DNA from: a virus
Virus record (IMG/VR): IMGVR_UViG_2919614203_000001
Location: 9,916-73,915 of that record
Reading direction: 5' to 3' (one strand)
Length of the DNA stretch: 64,000 nt
The notes beneath the pieces were generated by a model that was not told the DNA's origin, searched no databases, and was given only the letters and a program-made list of their open reading frames with translations. Below are positions 9,880 through 18,316 of this stretch, piece by piece. Position 1 is the stretch's first letter; every line of letters begins with the position of its first letter. Both the position numbers and the translations under genes were made by a program.

Positions 9880-10545
9880 TCAGGAGAAAATCGAGAGTTG
9901 CAGGCGATCGTCGCCGTCCTGCTGGTCGCCGTTCAGCTGCAGCGCGTCGGCGCCGCCGTCCTGCTGATCGCCCGACAGCAACAGCGCGGATTCCGGCGCG
10001 GCATCGGCGCCCAGCATCAGGCGCGCGAAGACGACCGGCCGCGCCGCTGCGACAACGCCGATCGCGCCCAGCGCATCGGTCGCGATCAGGAACGTGAAAT
10101 GGGACCGGACGGGTTTCGTGCGGACGACTTCGGCGATGACCTGGTCGACGAATTCGGACGTCGGCGCGGCGCCATCGTTGCCGCTGATCGAAACGGTCAG
10201 GGTGAAAGTGTGCGGTTCGCCGGGCGGATCCTGTTCGAACCATTCGCGCATGACGACATGGCCGCCGAACGAGGCGACGACGTCCTGGATCGAACGGGTC
10301 GTCCCCTTGCGCCGTTGAACCGCGATCGCGGCCGCGATCCGCGCGCGGCGGATTCGCAGCGGCCAGGTCGCGTCCCAGCTGTCGATCGACAATGCCCAGG
10401 CCAGCCAGGGCAGCAAGTCTTCGGGGCAATCCCAGGGCGACCAAATGTCGCGCAGCGGCGCGCCGATCGCGCCGACCCGAGCGCCGATCAGCATTTCGAG
10501 CGCCTTTTCCAGCGTCGTCGCGTTCGGGGGCAGGATCTGCATCAT
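9880..10545 (-). CDS. gpI: Phage tail protein I
   Basis: LPPNAT.LE, CP..LLPWLAW.LSID.W, RRKGT, EWFE...GEPHTF. Confidence 0.9.
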   Translation of the reverse strand: MMQILPPNATTLEKALEMLIGARVGAIGAPLRDIWSPWDCPEDLLPWLAWALSIDSWDATWPLRIRRARIAAAIAVQRRKGTTRSIQDVVASFGGHVVMREWFEQDPPGEPHTFTLTVSISGNDGAAPTSEFVDQVIAEVVRTKPVRSHFTFLIATDALGAIGVVAAARPVVFARLMLGADAAPESALLLSGDQQDGGADALQLNGDQQDGDDRLQLSIFS

Positions 10546-11444
10546 TCGTTGAACCCGGCGTCGACCAGATCGATCGCGGTCACGGCCGCGCATTCGGCGC
10601 GGGTGATGACCATGTCGGCGGCCGGTTCGTTCAGGATCACGTTCTGGACGCCTTCGGCGAACAGCGCGGCGATGATGCCGGCGCGGCTGACGTCGCGGCC
10701 AAGGCGCAGCGTCGCGGCCAGAAAATCGTTCAGTTGCGCCTGCGCCTGGGCCAGAACCAGCGCCTGATCGGGGCCGTTCAGGAAAATCAGGTCGGCCTGG
10801 ATCGTGAACGGGATGATCGTCGCTGACTGGACCGTGACCTGATCGGTCAGCGGCCGGATCGTGTCGGCGTTCAGCCGCGCGTCGACCGTCGCCAGCAATT
10901 CGGGGCTGGCCGTGCCGTCCCCGGTGCGCGACAGGATCGTGATCACGACTTCGCCGGGATCGGGGCTTTCGACCGATGCATCGCGAACGTCGCCGTCGGC
11001 CGACAGCGCATGGAAGATGTAGGCGCCCGCTGGGCCGGCGACCGAATAGCCTTCGGGGCCGAGAACCATGCGCCGGCGAAAATCGGTGTCGGATTCGTAA
11101 GTCGGCGCGATGCCTTCGTCGGGATCGCCTTCGTCGAGGATGAACCGTTCGACGCCGAAGGTCGCGGCGATGTGGTCGAGATCCGCGCCGACAGCGAACG
11201 CCGGCATGATGGCGCGAGCCGCATCGTTGACCCGCTGGCGCAGGATCAGTTCGCGATAGGCGAACAGCTGGACGACCTTGACGATCGGATCGCTTTCGAC
11301 CGTTGCGTCGAAGGTCGGGAAATAGATCTGCAGCTGCGCGAGCGCGGCGGCCAGGATCGTTTCGAAATCCAGGCTTTCGATGATGCCGGGCGCAGGGATC
11401 CGCGAAAGATCGACGCCGGTGAAACTGTCGCTTGCTACTGCCAT
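10542..11444 (-). CDS. gpJ: Baseplate assembly protein J
   Basis: VDLSRIPAP.IIE.LDFE, LESDP-like ESDP, YSVAGP.GAYIFHA, IRPLTD.V.V. Confidence 0.92.
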   Translation of the reverse strand: MAVASDSFTGVDLSRIPAPGIIESLDFETILAAALAQLQIYFPTFDATVESDPIVKVVQLFAYRELILRQRVNDAARAIMPAFAVGADLDHIAATFGVERFILDEGDPDEGIAPTYESDTDFRRRMVLGPEGYSVAGPAGAYIFHALSADGDVRDASVESPDPGEVVITILSRTGDGTASPELLATVDARLNADTIRPLTDQVTVQSATIIPFTIQADLIFLNGPDQALVLAQAQAQLNDFLAATLRLGRDVSRAGIIAALFAEGVQNVILNEPAADMVITRAECAAVTAIDLVDAGFNE

Positions 11445-11488
11445 GCGCCGGATCATCGCGGGCGCGGGCATCTATTCAATCCGCGCGC

Positions 11489-11511
11489 GTTGTCGCGGCC
11501 GGCCTGACAAC
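11489..11511. promoter_or_regulatory. GTTGT-N13-ACAAC late-promoter motif, copy 2 (divergent region)
   Basis: GTTGTCGCGGCCGGCCTGACAAC(GGG), 45 bp before gpJ start, 72 bp before the + strand cassette. Confidence 0.7.
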
Positions 11512-11582
11512 GGGGGCCGCTTCGATCCGCGCGCCTGGTCGGCCAGTCTGTCGCCGTTCATCACAATGCGGATCCGACAGCC

Positions 11583-12155
11583 ATGACCGACAAACGAACC
11601 GACCAGCTGCCAGAGGCGGACGCGCTGGACGGCGCCGAACTGGTCGCGATCGTCCAGGGCGGCCATTCGCGCCAGGCGCCGCTGGGCGACATTGCCGGGA
11701 TCCCGCACGATCACGCGATCGAAGACGTCGCGGGATTGCAGGCAGCGCTGGACGGCAAGGCGGCCGACGATCACGGCCACACGATCGGCGACGTCGCCGG
11801 ATTGGCCGCGGCGCTGGCGGCCGCGAGCATCGCGACAAGCGAGGAAATCGCCGGTCCGACTTACACGCTGGCTCTGGCTGACGGGGCGAACAAGTATAAG
11901 CGGGCGACGAACGCCGGCGGGTGTCTGATCACGGTTCCCCCAGATTCCGACGTCGCCTTTGCGATCGACACGGTCGTCACGTTTCGGGCCGCGACCGCCG
12001 GCCTGGTGAGCCTGGTGGCGGGGGGCGGCGTGACGCTGAACCGGCCAGGCGGATCCGGCGGGTCGCTGAATTTCGCCGAAGAAGGCGCGACAGTGCAGAT
12101 CAAAAAAGTCGGCGCCAACGCCTGGGACGTCATCGGCGGCACGGCTGCAGCTTAA
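11583..12155 (+). CDS. Fibre/decoration-like virion protein with HxHxIxDVxGL repeats
   Basis: Two HDHAIEDVAGL / HGHTIGDVAGL repeats; C-terminal YTL..AD...W.VIG domain typical of phage fibres. Confidence 0.65.
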   Translation: MTDKRTDQLPEADALDGAELVAIVQGGHSRQAPLGDIAGIPHDHAIEDVAGLQAALDGKAADDHGHTIGDVAGLAAALAAASIATSEEIAGPTYTLALADGANKYKRATNAGGCLITVPPDSDVAFAIDTVVTFRAATAGLVSLVAGGGVTLNRPGGSGGSLNFAEEGATVQIKKVGANAWDVIGGTAAA

Positions 12156-12169
12156 AGGAGTTTTCGAGA

Positions 12170-13126
12170 ATGGTTCTTAGGTTCCAAGGCGGCGAAAACG
12201 ACGCTTTTCTGGCGACGCCCGCCGGCACGACCGACGCTGGCGCCTATGTCGCGCCCAACCGAGCGGGATCCGCCGGCGTCACGACGCCTTTTTTCGCCGA
12301 CACGCCAATCGGCAGCTGTCGTTTCATGGCCGGTAACGACGGGCAAACCTATTCCCTGGGCTACTACTCCGGTTCGACCATTTTCGAATTGAAAAGTGCA
12401 GACAACGTCGCGCGGATTCGGTTGCAGACGGCCGGTTCCAATAATTTGAACTTCCAATGGTATAACGGGACAGCATGGGTGACGATCGGCGGGGCGTTCT
12501 ATGGCGCCTGGTCGGATGACGTCGCCGTCAACATAAACTGGAAGATCGACGCGGCGGCCGGCTATATCACGCTGTTTGTCAATGGCAGCTTTGTGCGAGG
12601 CATTACGGCCGCCGACACTTCCGCTTTGTCTCCTATTGCGCGGGTCCAAAGTTACACGCCCAGCCAGGAGCGCCTAACGATCAGCGAATTGATCGTCGAC
12701 ACGCAAAATTGCCTGAATTCGCGCGTGTATCACTTCCCGCCGACTGCCCAGGGTGACGACGCCGGCGGAACTGGCAATTACACGGCGATCGACGAAACCG
12801 CGGTCAGCGTTGCCGATTTTGTGCAGTTTGACGCTGTCGGCCAGAAACAATGTTATACATCGGCCGCGCGCGCGACGACGCTGCGGCCGACCGGCCTGAC
12901 CGTCGTCGGAAACTTTTTGAGGACAAGCGAAACCGGGCCGACCGGGGTCCGCGCCTATCTGAAAATCGGCGGGGTCTATTATTATGGCGCGGCCCAGGCG
13001 GTCGACGTGATCAATACCCATTTGCGCGAAACGTGGCTGATTAACCCGGCAACAGGATTGGCCTGGACGAATGCCGAAATCAACGCGGCGACGCTGCAAT
13101 GGGGGTGGGAAGCGGTGGCCGCATGA
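12170..13126 (+). CDS. Hypothetical beta-rich virion protein (lectin/ConA-like by composition)
   Basis: RBS AAGGAG; 318 aa Thr/Gly/aromatic-rich; NPATG.AWT.AEINA C-terminus; visibly lower GC than flanks. Confidence 0.6.
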   Translation: MVLRFQGGENDAFLATPAGTTDAGAYVAPNRAGSAGVTTPFFADTPIGSCRFMAGNDGQTYSLGYYSGSTIFELKSADNVARIRLQTAGSNNLNFQWYNGTAWVTIGGAFYGAWSDDVAVNINWKIDAAAGYITLFVNGSFVRGITAADTSALSPIARVQSYTPSQERLTISELIVDTQNCLNSRVYHFPPTAQGDDAGGTGNYTAIDETAVSVADFVQFDAVGQKQCYTSAARATTLRPTGLTVVGNFLRTSETGPTGVRAYLKIGGVYYYGAAQAVDVINTHLRETWLINPATGLAWTNAEINAATLQWGWEAVAA

Positions 13127-13317
13127 CCGTCCAGATCAACAAGTCGAGCCTGGTCGTCGGCGAAAAAGCCGATGAAGGCCTGCTGATTTTCAAATCGAGC
13201 CTGGTCGTCGGTGAAAAGGCCGATCAAAGCTTGATGATGTTCAAGTCGAGCCTGGTCGTCGGTGAAATAGAAATGACCGACACGCCGCGGCGACAGCCGA
13301 TGATCAGCACGTTCTAA
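13123..13317 (+). CDS. 64-aa protein of 17-aa tandem repeats
   Basis: ATGA overlap with upstream gene; KSSLVVGEKAD repeated 2.5 times. Confidence 0.6.
   Translation: MTVQINKSSLVVGEKADEGLLIFKSSLVVGEKADQSLMMFKSSLVVGEIEMTDTPRRQPMISTF
13141..13266 (+). repeat. 51-bp coding tandem repeat (2.5 units)
   Basis: AA(G/A)TCGAGCCTGGTCGTCGG(C/T)GAAA begins at 13141, 13192 and 13243. Confidence 0.9.
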
Positions 13318-13402
13318 CGCGTCGAGCGACAACGCCGCGCCATATCGCCAGGCCGGCCAGCTGGGCACGATCGCGCCAACATTTCATGTTGGAGCTTGTC
13401 CG

Positions 13403-13693
13403 ATGGATCGGAAAGAGTTGCGCGACCAGGCGGCCCATGCGGCCGTTTCCCTGTTGACGGTGATCCCGCTGGTCGTCTGCGTCGGCTTGGGCGCCGGGTT
13501 CCTAGCGATCACGATTGCGGGGATCTGGGCGGGCCTGTCGGTCGGGATGCTGGCCGAAGTGAAGGAACGCGGGTCGACCGTGACCTGGCCGGCGGTGAAG
13601 CGGGCGGTCGGATCCTGGCGCGACCTGGGCGGCTATGCCGCCGGCGGCGCGCTGATCGGATTAGGTGCGGCGATGTTCAGGGCCGCGGCATGA
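13403..13693 (+). CDS. Membrane protein, holin candidate
   Basis: 96 aa with 2-3 hydrophobic segments, directly upstream of and overlapping the lysozyme start. Confidence 0.55.
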   Translation: MDRKELRDQAAHAAVSLLTVIPLVVCVGLGAGFLAITIAGIWAGLSVGMLAEVKERGSTVTWPAVKRAVGSWRDLGGYAAGGALIGLGAAMFRAAA

Positions 13694-14271
13694 GCGCGCC
13701 GGCCGAACCCGCGCAGCTGACCGCGCGAACGGTGCTGGAAATCGCCGATCATGAAGGCGTCGTCCTGGAAGCCTATCTGGACAGCGTAGGCGTGTGGACA
13801 TGGGGGGTCGGCGTGACCGACGCGAGCGGGCACAAGGTCGGCCGCTATGTCGACCAACCTGCGACGCTGGAACACGTTCTGCGCGTGTTCGAATGGTTGC
13901 TGCGGACCCGTTACCTGCCGGCCGTGCTGACCGCCTTTGCGGGCCATGACCTGACCGAAGCGCAGACGGCGGCGGCGCTGTCGTTCCATTACAACACGGG
14001 CGCGATCGGTTCGGCCGAATGGGTCCGGTTGTGGAAGGCCGGCAAGGTCGACCAAGCGCGCGTCGCGATCATGAACTGGTCGCAGCCGCGCGAACTGATC
14101 GGCCGGCGCAAGTGCGAACGCGACCTGTTCTTCGACGGGCGCTGGTCCAGCGACGGGATCGTCGGCGTGTTCCAGGTGCAAAAGCCGGGCTATCGGCCGA
14201 TCCGGCCGAAACCGACTGACCTTCGCCTGGCCATCACGCGGGCGATCGACGATGGGACGCGGGCGGCATGA
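13690..14271 (+). CDS. Endolysin, GH24 lysozyme
   Basis: HEGVVLEAYLDSVGVWTWG gives E-x8-D-x5-T catalytic triad; GRRKCERDLF near C-terminus. Confidence 0.88.
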   Translation: MSAPAEPAQLTARTVLEIADHEGVVLEAYLDSVGVWTWGVGVTDASGHKVGRYVDQPATLEHVLRVFEWLLRTRYLPAVLTAFAGHDLTEAQTAAALSFHYNTGAIGSAEWVRLWKAGKVDQARVAIMNWSQPRELIGRRKCERDLFFDGRWSSDGIVGVFQVQKPGYRPIRPKPTDLRLAITRAIDDGTRAA

Positions 14272-14663
14272 TCGGGGTCGGCATTCTGGCGGGGATCCGC
14301 GCCGCCTGGTCGGCCTTTGTCGAATTGCCGCGCGCGGTGCATGTCGCGCTGATCGTGCTGGTCGGCGTGATCGCAGCGGTCGCCTGGCTGGCGCGCCACG
14401 ACGCGCGAACTATCCAGGCGCACGATGCCAAGGCGGCCGCCGCGACTTCGCAGGCGGTGACGCGCGCCGATCGCGCCGCGATCGCCGCCGACGCCCAGCG
14501 CGAAATCCAGAGACAGGCCGCCAGTGCCGAAACGAGAGAGGCGATCGACCATGCCGAAGACATTCACCCTGTCGAAGTGCGCCGGCCTGCTGGCCCTGCT
14601 GTCCGTGCCGCTGCTGACAGCCTGCGGAGACGCGCGGCCGCAAGTCGGGACGCCGCCCGCTGA
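14268..14663 (+). CDS. Inner-membrane spanin (Rz/LysB-like)
   Basis: N-terminal TM helix then Ala-rich coiled region; follows endolysin. Confidence 0.65.
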   Translation: MIGVGILAGIRAAWSAFVELPRAVHVALIVLVGVIAAVAWLARHDARTIQAHDAKAAAATSQAVTRADRAAIAADAQREIQRQAASAETREAIDHAEDIHPVEVRRPAGPAVRAAADSLRRRAAASRDAAR

Positions 14664-14874
14664 ATGGACCGCGCCGGTCGCCTGGCCGGTCGTGCCAGCG
14701 GGCGAAGCGCAATGCCCAGACGAGGAAACCGGCGCCCCGGCGCCGTGCCTGTCGGATCGGGAAACCGCCGATCTGCTGGCGGAACTGGCCGACGCCCTGG
14801 ACGCGGCGAACGGGAAGCTGCAGCGCCTGGGCGATTGGTTCGACGAATTCGCGAAAGCGAAGGCGGGGAAATGA
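14551..14874 (+). CDS. Outer-membrane spanin lipoprotein (Rz1/LysC-like)
   Basis: Signal peptide with lipobox LLTA-C, Pro-rich mature part, overlaps i-spanin 3' end in another frame. Confidence 0.7.
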   Translation: MPKTFTLSKCAGLLALLSVPLLTACGDARPQVGTPPAEWTAPVAWPVVPAGEAQCPDEETGAPAPCLSDRETADLLAELADALDAANGKLQRLGDWFDEFAKAKAGK

Positions 14875-15128
14875 TCGATCCGGTGACGATCGCGGCGGGT
14901 TTGACCGATGCCCAGGCCGCCGCGCTGCGCCATGCCATGCCTTGCGAGTTCGCCGGAACCTATGTCGGCAATTGTGGCGTGCTGATCATGGGCGAACTGG
15001 ACAGTATCGGTCTATTTCGCGAACCGCCTGCCGACGGTGGCGGGACTTGGGGGATCGTCGCGCGCCTTAATGAACGCGGCCTGGCCGTGCGTGACGCGGT
15101 TCTGGTCAGTCGTCCAGGGCTTCCATGA
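14871..15128 (+). CDS. Hypothetical protein, last gene of + cassette
   Basis: ATGA coupling at 14871; 85 aa; overlaps gpS 3' end convergently. Confidence 0.5.
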   Translation: MIDPVTIAAGLTDAQAAALRHAMPCEFAGTYVGNCGVLIMGELDSIGLFREPPADGGGTWGIVARLNERGLAVRDAVLVSRPGLP

Positions 15129-15567
15129 CCGTTTCCATGATCATGTCGCGGTCGCCTTTGGGCAGGCCCAGCAGGCGGCGCGCGGGGTAGCGATATTTGG
15201 GCGACCCGGCGGCGTGTTCGACCTTGTCGACCAGGCCGAAGTGATGAACCGCAGCGGCGCCGGCGACCAGCGGGCTGAACCGGAGTTCGACGCTGTCGGG
15301 CTTTGCCATGATCCGCATGTTGCGGGCTAGGCCGATTTTCCTGAACATTTTCCCGCGCCGTGCCGACGCTTTATCGCGGGGCTTTCGCGGTTCCATTGCC
15401 GACCCGTCGGGCTGGACGTTGCGGGCGATCCGTTCGGCGTTGTTGCGGCGCAGCTGCTGACCGATCTTGCGCGCGAGGCGGATCCGCTGGCCGGGTTTCA
15501 GGCGTTCCATGACGCCGGCCAGCCAGGGTTCGATCGCTTCGAGGCCGTCGCCGCTGGTCGTCGTCAT
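15106..15567 (-). CDS. gpS: Virion morphogenesis / tail completion protein S
   Basis: LARKIG..LRR....RI..NVQPDGS...PRK, A.VHHFG, YPAR.LLG. Confidence 0.88.
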   Translation of the reverse strand: MTTTSGDGLEAIEPWLAGVMERLKPGQRIRLARKIGQQLRRNNAERIARNVQPDGSAMEPRKPRDKASARRGKMFRKIGLARNMRIMAKPDSVELRFSPLVAGAAAVHHFGLVDKVEHAAGSPKYRYPARRLLGLPKGDRDMIMETVMEALDD

Positions 15568-16043
15568 GGCACGACCTGTTCGCCGCCCATGTAGATCTGC
15601 GCGAGCGGGGCAAGCGTTTCGCCGATCGGCATATCGTCGGCGAACAGCGGATCGGGTTCGGACAGGTGCTGCAGGTCGAACCCGCCGCCTTCGCGCGGGA
15701 CCAGGACGACCTGTTCGGTCAGATCCAGTTCGACGACCAGGTCGATCGTCGTGTCGTCGAGAATGTCGGCGTTGAACGAATAGCCACGGCCGGCGCCGGC
15801 GGCCAGGACGTCGGGCTGGTTCGTGCGCAGCCAGTCGTTCACGGCGAGGAAGATGATCGATGGGTGATCGGTGTAGTCGGTCACGACCAGGTGCAGCTTG
15901 TATTCCCAGCTGAACGCGCGCGACGCGGTCATAGGCGAGCGGATCCGGCCTTCGTCCAGCCAGATTTTCAGGCGATCGGAATCGCGGCCCAGATCGGGCA
16001 GGACAGCGGTGATCGCGGCGCGCAGGGACGCGGGCTTTTCCAT
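15564..16043 (-). CDS. gpR: Tail completion protein R
   Basis: M.KP.SLR.A, SF.WEY.L.L..TDY, W.R.NQPD, DL..EL.LTE.V. Confidence 0.9.
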   Translation of the reverse strand: MEKPASLRAAITAVLPDLGRDSDRLKIWLDEGRIRSPMTASRAFSWEYKLHLVVTDYTDHPSIIFLAVNDWLRTNQPDVLAAGAGRGYSFNADILDDTTIDLVVELDLTEQVVLVPREGGGFDLQHLSEPDPLFADDMPIGETLAPLAQIYMGGEQVVP

Positions 16044-16318
16044 CAGTCGATCCGCCACCAGCGCGACGGGTTGCCGGCGGCGACCGCATGGATCCGCAAG
16101 GCCGCGTAAGCGATCAGGCAGGGGTGCGCGAGGTCGTAAAACAGTTCTGTCCCGGTCAGTCGGCCCAGGCCGAACAGGCCGGCCGCGACGGCGAGGCACC
16201 AGAATTTAAGATAGCGAACGAACAGGTCGGCGCGCAGCGATGCCAGGACGCGGTCGAAGATCACGAACGCGATCGCGAGATAGGCCAGGCCGATCACCAT
16301 GTCGAACAGGTCAGGCAT
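16043..16318 (-). CDS. Small membrane protein
   Basis: 91 aa, three hydrophobic stretches, coupled to neighbours. Confidence 0.6.
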   Translation of the reverse strand: MPDLFDMVIGLAYLAIAFVIFDRVLASLRADLFVRYLKFWCLAVAAGLFGLGRLTGTELFYDLAHPCLIAYAALRIHAVAAGNPSRWWRID

Positions 16319-16700
16319 CGGTTTTCCCCCTGCCCAGGATCTTATCGAGCAAGGCTTTGGGCAGGCCGGCGACTTGCTCTTTCATCGAACCGCCGAACCC
16401 GCGGGCGGATTCGACGATATAGGTCGACAGGCCGCCAGCGCCGGCCATGACCAGGTGCAGCGACCAGGTCGGCGCCAGGGTGGCATGGGCGATCGCGGCG
16501 ATCAGCGCGCAAGTCACGGCCGACAGCAGGGTCAGCGCGTAGGTTTTGCGTTCGCCGGGTTCGGTGAAATACATGACCAGGAAGGCGGCGGCGATCGCCA
16601 GGAACAGGCCGCCCAGGAACTGATCGACCGGGGCCGCGATGCCCAGCGAGCCCATCGCAATCGCGAGGGCCAATTTTGCTTCTGCGCCCATGCCAGTCAT
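16311..16700 (-). CDS. Membrane protein at P2 holin (Y) position
   Basis: Multiple TM segments, basic C-terminus; ATG overlaps gpX stop. Confidence 0.6.
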   Translation of the reverse strand: MTGMGAEAKLALAIAMGSLGIAAPVDQFLGGLFLAIAAAFLVMYFTEPGERKTYALTLLSAVTCALIAAIAHATLAPTWSLHLVMAGAGGLSTYIVESARGFGGSMKEQVAGLPKALLDKILGRGKTDA

Positions 16701-16909
16701 TCCCACAGTTTCAAGGTTTCGCGCGCGGCGATCGGCGAGGCGGCCGGTTCGGGCAGCGTGACGATTGCGCCTTCGGGCAGGACCGGGCCGGCATCGGCCA
16801 GGCCGCGGTTCAGTTCGAAGGTCGCTTCGGTGATCCCGGCGGTCGTGCCGAGTTCGCGCCAGCAGATCAGGTCGAGCGTGTCGCCTTGCCTTGCCTGAAC
16901 CGTCGGCAT
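16697..16909 (-). CDS. gpX: Tail protein X (LysM-like)
   Basis: A.QGDTLDLICWRELG...E..LN.GLA..GP.LP.G..V.LP. Confidence 0.92.
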   Translation of the reverse strand: MPTVQARQGDTLDLICWRELGTTAGITEATFELNRGLADAGPVLPEGAIVTLPEPAASPIAARETLKLWE

Positions 16910-17367
16910 CAGATCAGTTCCACGGCGGTTCGGGTCGTGCCGATCATGTCGCGGATCGCGTGGGTCGCCATGCGGCGATAATCGGCCGCGACGGGGACGA
17001 ATTCGTCGGCGCGCGCGTCGCCGTCGTCGGTCGCCGAAATGTCGCGATAGGTTTCGGCCAGTTCGGCCGCGGCGGTGCAATAGACGGCGCGGCGGAACAG
17101 AACTTCCATCTTGCCGGCCTGGGCGCCGATCGCTGCCAGATCGCCGGCGCCGGCCGCGACATGGGCGGCCTGCCAGGCGGCCAGTTCGTTCATGACCGTG
17201 ACCAGCGCGCCTTCGATCGCGAAAGTCAGACGGCCGTGCGTGACGACTTTGCCAACGCGGATCTTGTCGCGCATGTCGTTGCAGCTGATCGCGGGGAACC
17301 AGCCATCGGCCGGGACCGTCGAATCCGCGGGCGACGCCGGGGCCGGGGGATTCGCGATCAGGGACAT
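16909..17367 (-). CDS. gpL: Head completion/stabilization protein L
   Basis: DGWFP.IS...R; RRAVY..A.AEL.E.YRD..AT; R.AIRD..G..R..VELI. Confidence 0.9.
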   Translation of the reverse strand: MSLIANPPAPASPADSTVPADGWFPAISCNDMRDKIRVGKVVTHGRLTFAIEGALVTVMNELAAWQAAHVAAGAGDLAAIGAQAGKMEVLFRRAVYCTAAAELAETYRDISATDDGDARADEFVPVAADYRRMATHAIRDMIGTTRTAVELI

Positions 17368-17464
17368 GTTCGAACGGTTCCTTTTCTAACGGGGGTGAGG
17401 TCGGGAATTCGGGCGAAGGCCTTGCCCTATTCCGTCCCGCCCCCGGCGCGGGTGGCGCAGCTGG

Positions 17465-18202
17465 TCAGTCGGACGCCGGCGCCGCGCCGGTGGCAGTCAG
17501 TGCCTTGCGGTCGCGTTCCAGGCGTTCGGTCAATTTCTTCACGCCCGCGTTCCGGTTCAGCGAGAGCGCGCGGGAAAGGGCGGACAGGGCCGCGTCGATC
17601 AGGGCGACCTTGCCGCCGGCGACGCCGCTTTCGGCGTCGGGTTCGAAGGCGTCGGCCTTGGCCGCCAGGGCAAGGCCGATCGCCTTGTGCAGCTTGGCGC
17701 GAACCTGATCGTGCATGTCTTCGCCGGCGGTCAGATCCTGGACCGCCTGCAGATATTCGAGGTCGATCGCGCCGGGGCGCAGGCCGGCTTCGGCGAATTC
17801 TTCGGCGATCAGCGTCGCGGGGCGGCGCGCGTAGCGTTCGGGCAGGCGCAGATCGTGTTTCAGGACATAGCGGGCGACGTCGAGCGCCGTCGGCCAGCAG
17901 GCGAGGTCGATCAGCCAGATCAGCATGGTGACGACGATTTCATCCTGGGCGCCGGTGTCGCCATCCAGGGCGCCGTCGACCCAGGGCAGATAGCGGCCGA
18001 TCATGTCGCGCTTGGCTTCGACCTTGCGTTCGATCGATTCGATCTGGCGAAGGCGGTTCAGATCGAGGCCCAGCGCGGCCAGCAACAGCTGATATTCGCT
18101 GGCGACCGGGCCGGTCGTCGGCATGGGCCGCGCGGTGCCGGTGCGGCCGACGGGCTGCTGGGCCAGGATCCGCTGGCGATTGCGAAGGGCGGGGCTGAAC
18201 AT
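17465..18202 (-). CDS. gpM: Terminase endonuclease subunit M
   Basis: SPA..R, L..D..RL..I.SIE.K...KR, QD.I...M.IW.ID, D..RAKL.KA.G, GVKK. Confidence 0.9.
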   Translation of the reverse strand: MFSPALRNRQRILAQQPVGRTGTARPMPTTGPVASEYQLLLAALGLDLNRLRQIESIERKVEAKRDMIGRYLPWVDGALDGDTGAQDEIVVTMLIWLIDLACWPTALDVARYVLKHDLRLPERYARRPATLIAEEFAEAGLRPGAIDLEYLQAVQDLTAGEDMHDQVRAKLHKAIGLALAAKADAFEPDAESGVAGGKVALIDAALSALSRALSLNRNAGVKKLTERLERDRKALTATGAAPASD

Positions 18203-18244
18203 GGGCGCGGGTTCCTGTCGGGCCGGTGGCTTAGGGGCCGGGTT

Positions 18245-18284
18245 CCCGCCTGGCGCCGTTAAAGGGGAACGGGCGCCAGGCGGG
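18245..18284. terminator. Strong GC hairpin between capsid and gpM genes
   Basis: CCCGCCTGGCGCC...GGCGCCAGGCGGG inverted repeat; no clear U-tract, so possibly a stability/attenuation element. Confidence 0.45.
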
Positions 18285-18316
18285 GTCGGACTGGCCGCTA
18301 GGGCCAGTTGTCAGGG

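Noticed and set aside
13141-13266. CRISPR-like array
   Set aside because: The unit is 51 bp in frame within an ORF, with synonymous variation and related inter-repeat sequence; no cas genes.
8759-13317. Diversity-generating retroelement acting on fibre genes
   Set aside because: No reverse transcriptase and no template/variable repeat pair seen in the window.
11445-15130. Invertible segment (gin/cin type) explaining the reversed cassette
   Set aside because: No invertase and no flanking inverted repeats found. The 9-bp direct repeat CCATGACCG (11581, 15123) is short and its right copy lies inside gpS.
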